The position numbers and the translations under genes are program-made. Of a stretch of DNA of 64,000 bases, positions 57,626-64,000 are shown piece after piece. Under the pieces are notes generated by a model. That model had not been told where the DNA came from. It did no database searches and saw only the letters and a list, made by a program, of their open reading frames with translations. The stretch comes from the human T2T-CHM13v2.0 reference genome, Homo sapiens, in assembly GCF_009914755.1 (NCBI RefSeq), contig NC_060929.1. One strand, written 5' to 3'. How positions within the stretch are numbered: the first letter of the stretch is position 1; every line of letters starts with the position of its first letter.

Positions 57626-60600
57626 ACGGAACCCTTTTGCTGGCTGCTTTATTCTCTCAGAATGTGTTGTTTCATCTCTTTTTGTTTGAGTAACAAGCCC
57701 CTGGAATGAGCCACTACTTCACTGGGCTGGGACAGCAGGAAATTGGGTATGTGGGTCAAGCCCAGGAAAATGAAAATCAAGCAAGGCCTGGGAATGGTGG
57801 TTTGTTGCTAACAAGGGGAGGGTCTGGACATGGCAGCCACAGAGCTCCCTGATCCTTGTCTCAGCTCTGCTGCTGATTTGCTGAATAACTCTGGGGAACA
57901 GAGGCTAAATCTCTCTTGGCCTCAGTTTGCACATCTGCAATATGAAGATACTGAATAATTACATTATTGTTAGGCCCCTTAGGGCTTCAGATTTTCTGGG
58001 ATTTCATAATCTGACAGCATGGAATGATTAAAAACTCTCTGGAAGCTTATAATGCAAGGGAGAAGTGTATTTTTCCATTTCTGGGTATTCTCAGTGGGCT
58101 GTGCCACTTGGTTGATCAGAGCATAGCACTAATGCTTATTGCTAGCACATATCTGAGCTCCACAGAGGGCAGTTCATGACACAATTTCTTCTGTCCTTCT
58201 GCCTTTCTTTCTTTTCTCCTTTCCAATGACTACTGTGTTCCACCTTTGTGTCAGCTGCTGCGCTAGCTAACAAGGATTACAAAGATGATTATGACAGATG
58301 CCTGCCCCTCTGCCCTAAAGGGGCTTGTAATGGGGTAGGGAATTGAGTCATGGAAGCAGCTAAATAGACTAAACAAAACAAAAGGCTAACTAAATCAGAG
58401 TAGCGGTACAAGCAAAGATTGAAGGAGTAAATGAATTCAGGAGGTGACAACGGTAGTGGCAGTAGCAACGGCCTACAAGGAGGTTTTATTGGACTCGAAA
58501 CATGAATTTCAATAGGTAGAGATAGGTCAAAAGGTCTTTCCAAGAGGAGAAAATGGAAAGAAGAAAGACACAGAGATTTGAACTATAAAGAGTGTTTGGG
58601 GGAATGGCCCATAGTGAGCAGGTGGGTTGTAGAGTGAGGTGGGGAGATGGTGGAAACAGGAGAGAGAGTGAGAAGTAAGGCTGAAGAGAGTAATCAGAGC
58701 CCGGACAGCCTTGTCTGTCAAGTCAAGGCATTTTAATCTTACTTGATAGCAATGAAGAGATTTTTGAAGAAGGAAGGATATCTATGAAGCTATACTTGCT
58801 TCATTCTTGTTTCTTGGAACCTGGGGTTCCTTGAATCACTGATGATAACGGTCATGCTAACAGCAATAATATAAAAGCCCACAGTGTGCAACTGTAAATT
58901 CTTCTTCCAAGCACCATCACTTAAAAACAGTTTTTAACCACAGATTTAAGCTAGCTGTTAGGCACTATGCACGATGATTTATATAAATCATATAATGCTG
59001 ACAAAGCCCACAGTGAGTTTACCTATTCTTGTTCTACAGATGTGGAGAGTGCAGCTCAAAGAAGGTAAGGCATCTGCAGGGCCCCACAGCCATGGGCATC
59101 AGGACCAGGGCTCTGCCTTGCTGATGAGATTCAAGTCTGTGTTCTCAACTTTCATACCTGCTACCTGCTGTCTCATTTCATTGCTACCCTGAATGGAACG
59201 ATATTTCTCTTCTTCAGATGAGGAACTTGAGGCAAATAAAGATTAAGTCATAAGTCCGAGGCTACACAACCAGGAATTCATTGGCCTCCTAATGTGCTTC
59301 CCCCCGACCCCACCTGATGGGAGTTGTTAACGATGCATACTAGACACAGCAAGTACAGCTGCTATATATGCTTAGGGCTGAATGAGATGCTGGGAAAAAT
59401 CAATATTTCTCTGTTGTTGGACTGGATGACTGAGTACAAAAAGCGTTTTTCTTTTGCATGTGCACACTGCCCACAAAGTAGCTTCTTTGAAGTTGTCCTG
59501 CTGCTCTTCTAGTAGCCCCTCTGGCCCCCTTGTATATTCTAGACACTCTCCAGGGTGTCTGTCCAGCTAGTACCCCTCTTCTGAAAACTGCACCTTTCCA
59601 GTCCCAGCACCATGTTTCCATATATGACCCGCCCCTGTGGACATGGTTAAATTTTAATGCATCCTCAAATCAGATAAGACAATTGAATTCTCTCCAGACC
59701 CAGAGTTGGTGGGAAGTCACTTTACTGGCAGAACACTTGGGAAAAGGACCTTGAGCCTCTGCTGCTGAGGCCGCTGGAGTTGTCCTGGCCCCTGTCCTTT
59801 CTGAGACCTGGTTCAGCCATTCTCTGGGTTCTCTGTAAGACCCCATTAACCTTCCCATAATGTCTTCCTACCCCCTTTTCTCTAGTTAGATACATAAACC
59901 ATTTAACCAAGAAAATAGTTTTGATTACAGAATCTATGGGGAAGATGTAGAAACTGCTTTTTTATTCAACAGTAGTTTCTCTCATTATGATTTTCAGTCT
60001 ATTTTAAATATTAAAAGTCTTAAACCCAGGAAAGCTACCAAGATGAGTCAGCCTTGTTTGCCGTTTGTGAGTAAAGATGGGGAATTAAAATGCTTCTAAT
60101 GTGTTTAAGTTCAGAGCTACCATGTGGTCCTGACCCAATCTTCTGTCATAATGATCAGCCATGCTGTACCTAGGCTAATCCTCTGCTGGTGAATTTGGTT
60201 CTGCATGGGGGATACTCTCTGGCAAGTGAACAGGTACCTGCTCCTAATGGCTTCGCAAGAGTTTGACTGGTAGTAAGGTTACATTAAGACAGTCTTTCAT
60301 GGGCATGAGGCAGTGGCTTTCTGAATTTGAACCCCTAATATCTAGTTGTAGAATCTGGTCAAGTAGTCAGTGAGTTGTGTGGAGAATGGGAGTTGTATGG
60401 AGAATGGGAGTTTCATGGAGTGAGTTCTCTGTTTTTGCTGGTTTTGGCCTGGGTGCCAGTGCAGTTGGTTAAGAGTACGAGTACTGGTGGAAAAATGTCT
60501 GTCTTTATGATATGAATAACTAGGGAACTAAGTCTGGGGACGATACTCACTATAGAAAGAAGGGGGAAGATCCAGAAAGGTTACTCCAAGTTCTGTCGGC

Positions 60601-60699
60601 CCTCATCTTTGCTTGACCCTGAATTGTCTATGCATGGACGAGGCTCAAAGATGAACTAAAAACAAACAAATATTTGAACTAAGATGGGAGCCACTGCCC

Positions 60700-64000
<3,301 letters not shown>

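Overview
Human genomic DNA, rich in Alu, L1, LTR and DNA-transposon repeats, covering the 5' part of the P4-ATPase lipid flippase gene ATP10B on the minus strand. It contains two probable 5'UTR exons (45753-45878, 17598-17781), the canonical first two coding exons (16638-16932, 14917-15111) and a second, paralogous N-terminal module encoded by one exon (CDS 13673-14058). Both modules end at the same phase-2 Arg codon and so can splice to the same downstream exon, which lies left of the window. From recalled paralog sequences, the canonical module is ATP10D-like and carries an ETTPLL dileucine signal, while the alternative one is ATP10A-like and lacks it; this suggests a swappable targeting plus TM1-TM2 cassette. 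Other notable items are a full-length pre-Ta L1HS (ORF1 and ORF0 intact, ORF2 broken by one nonsense change) in sense orientation, a 169-bp 97%-identical non-Alu inverted repeat, two short local direct duplications near the exon cluster, and a 33-bp minisatellite with A/B alternation. Repeat subfamily names are from recognition by eye and need RepeatMasker confirmation.
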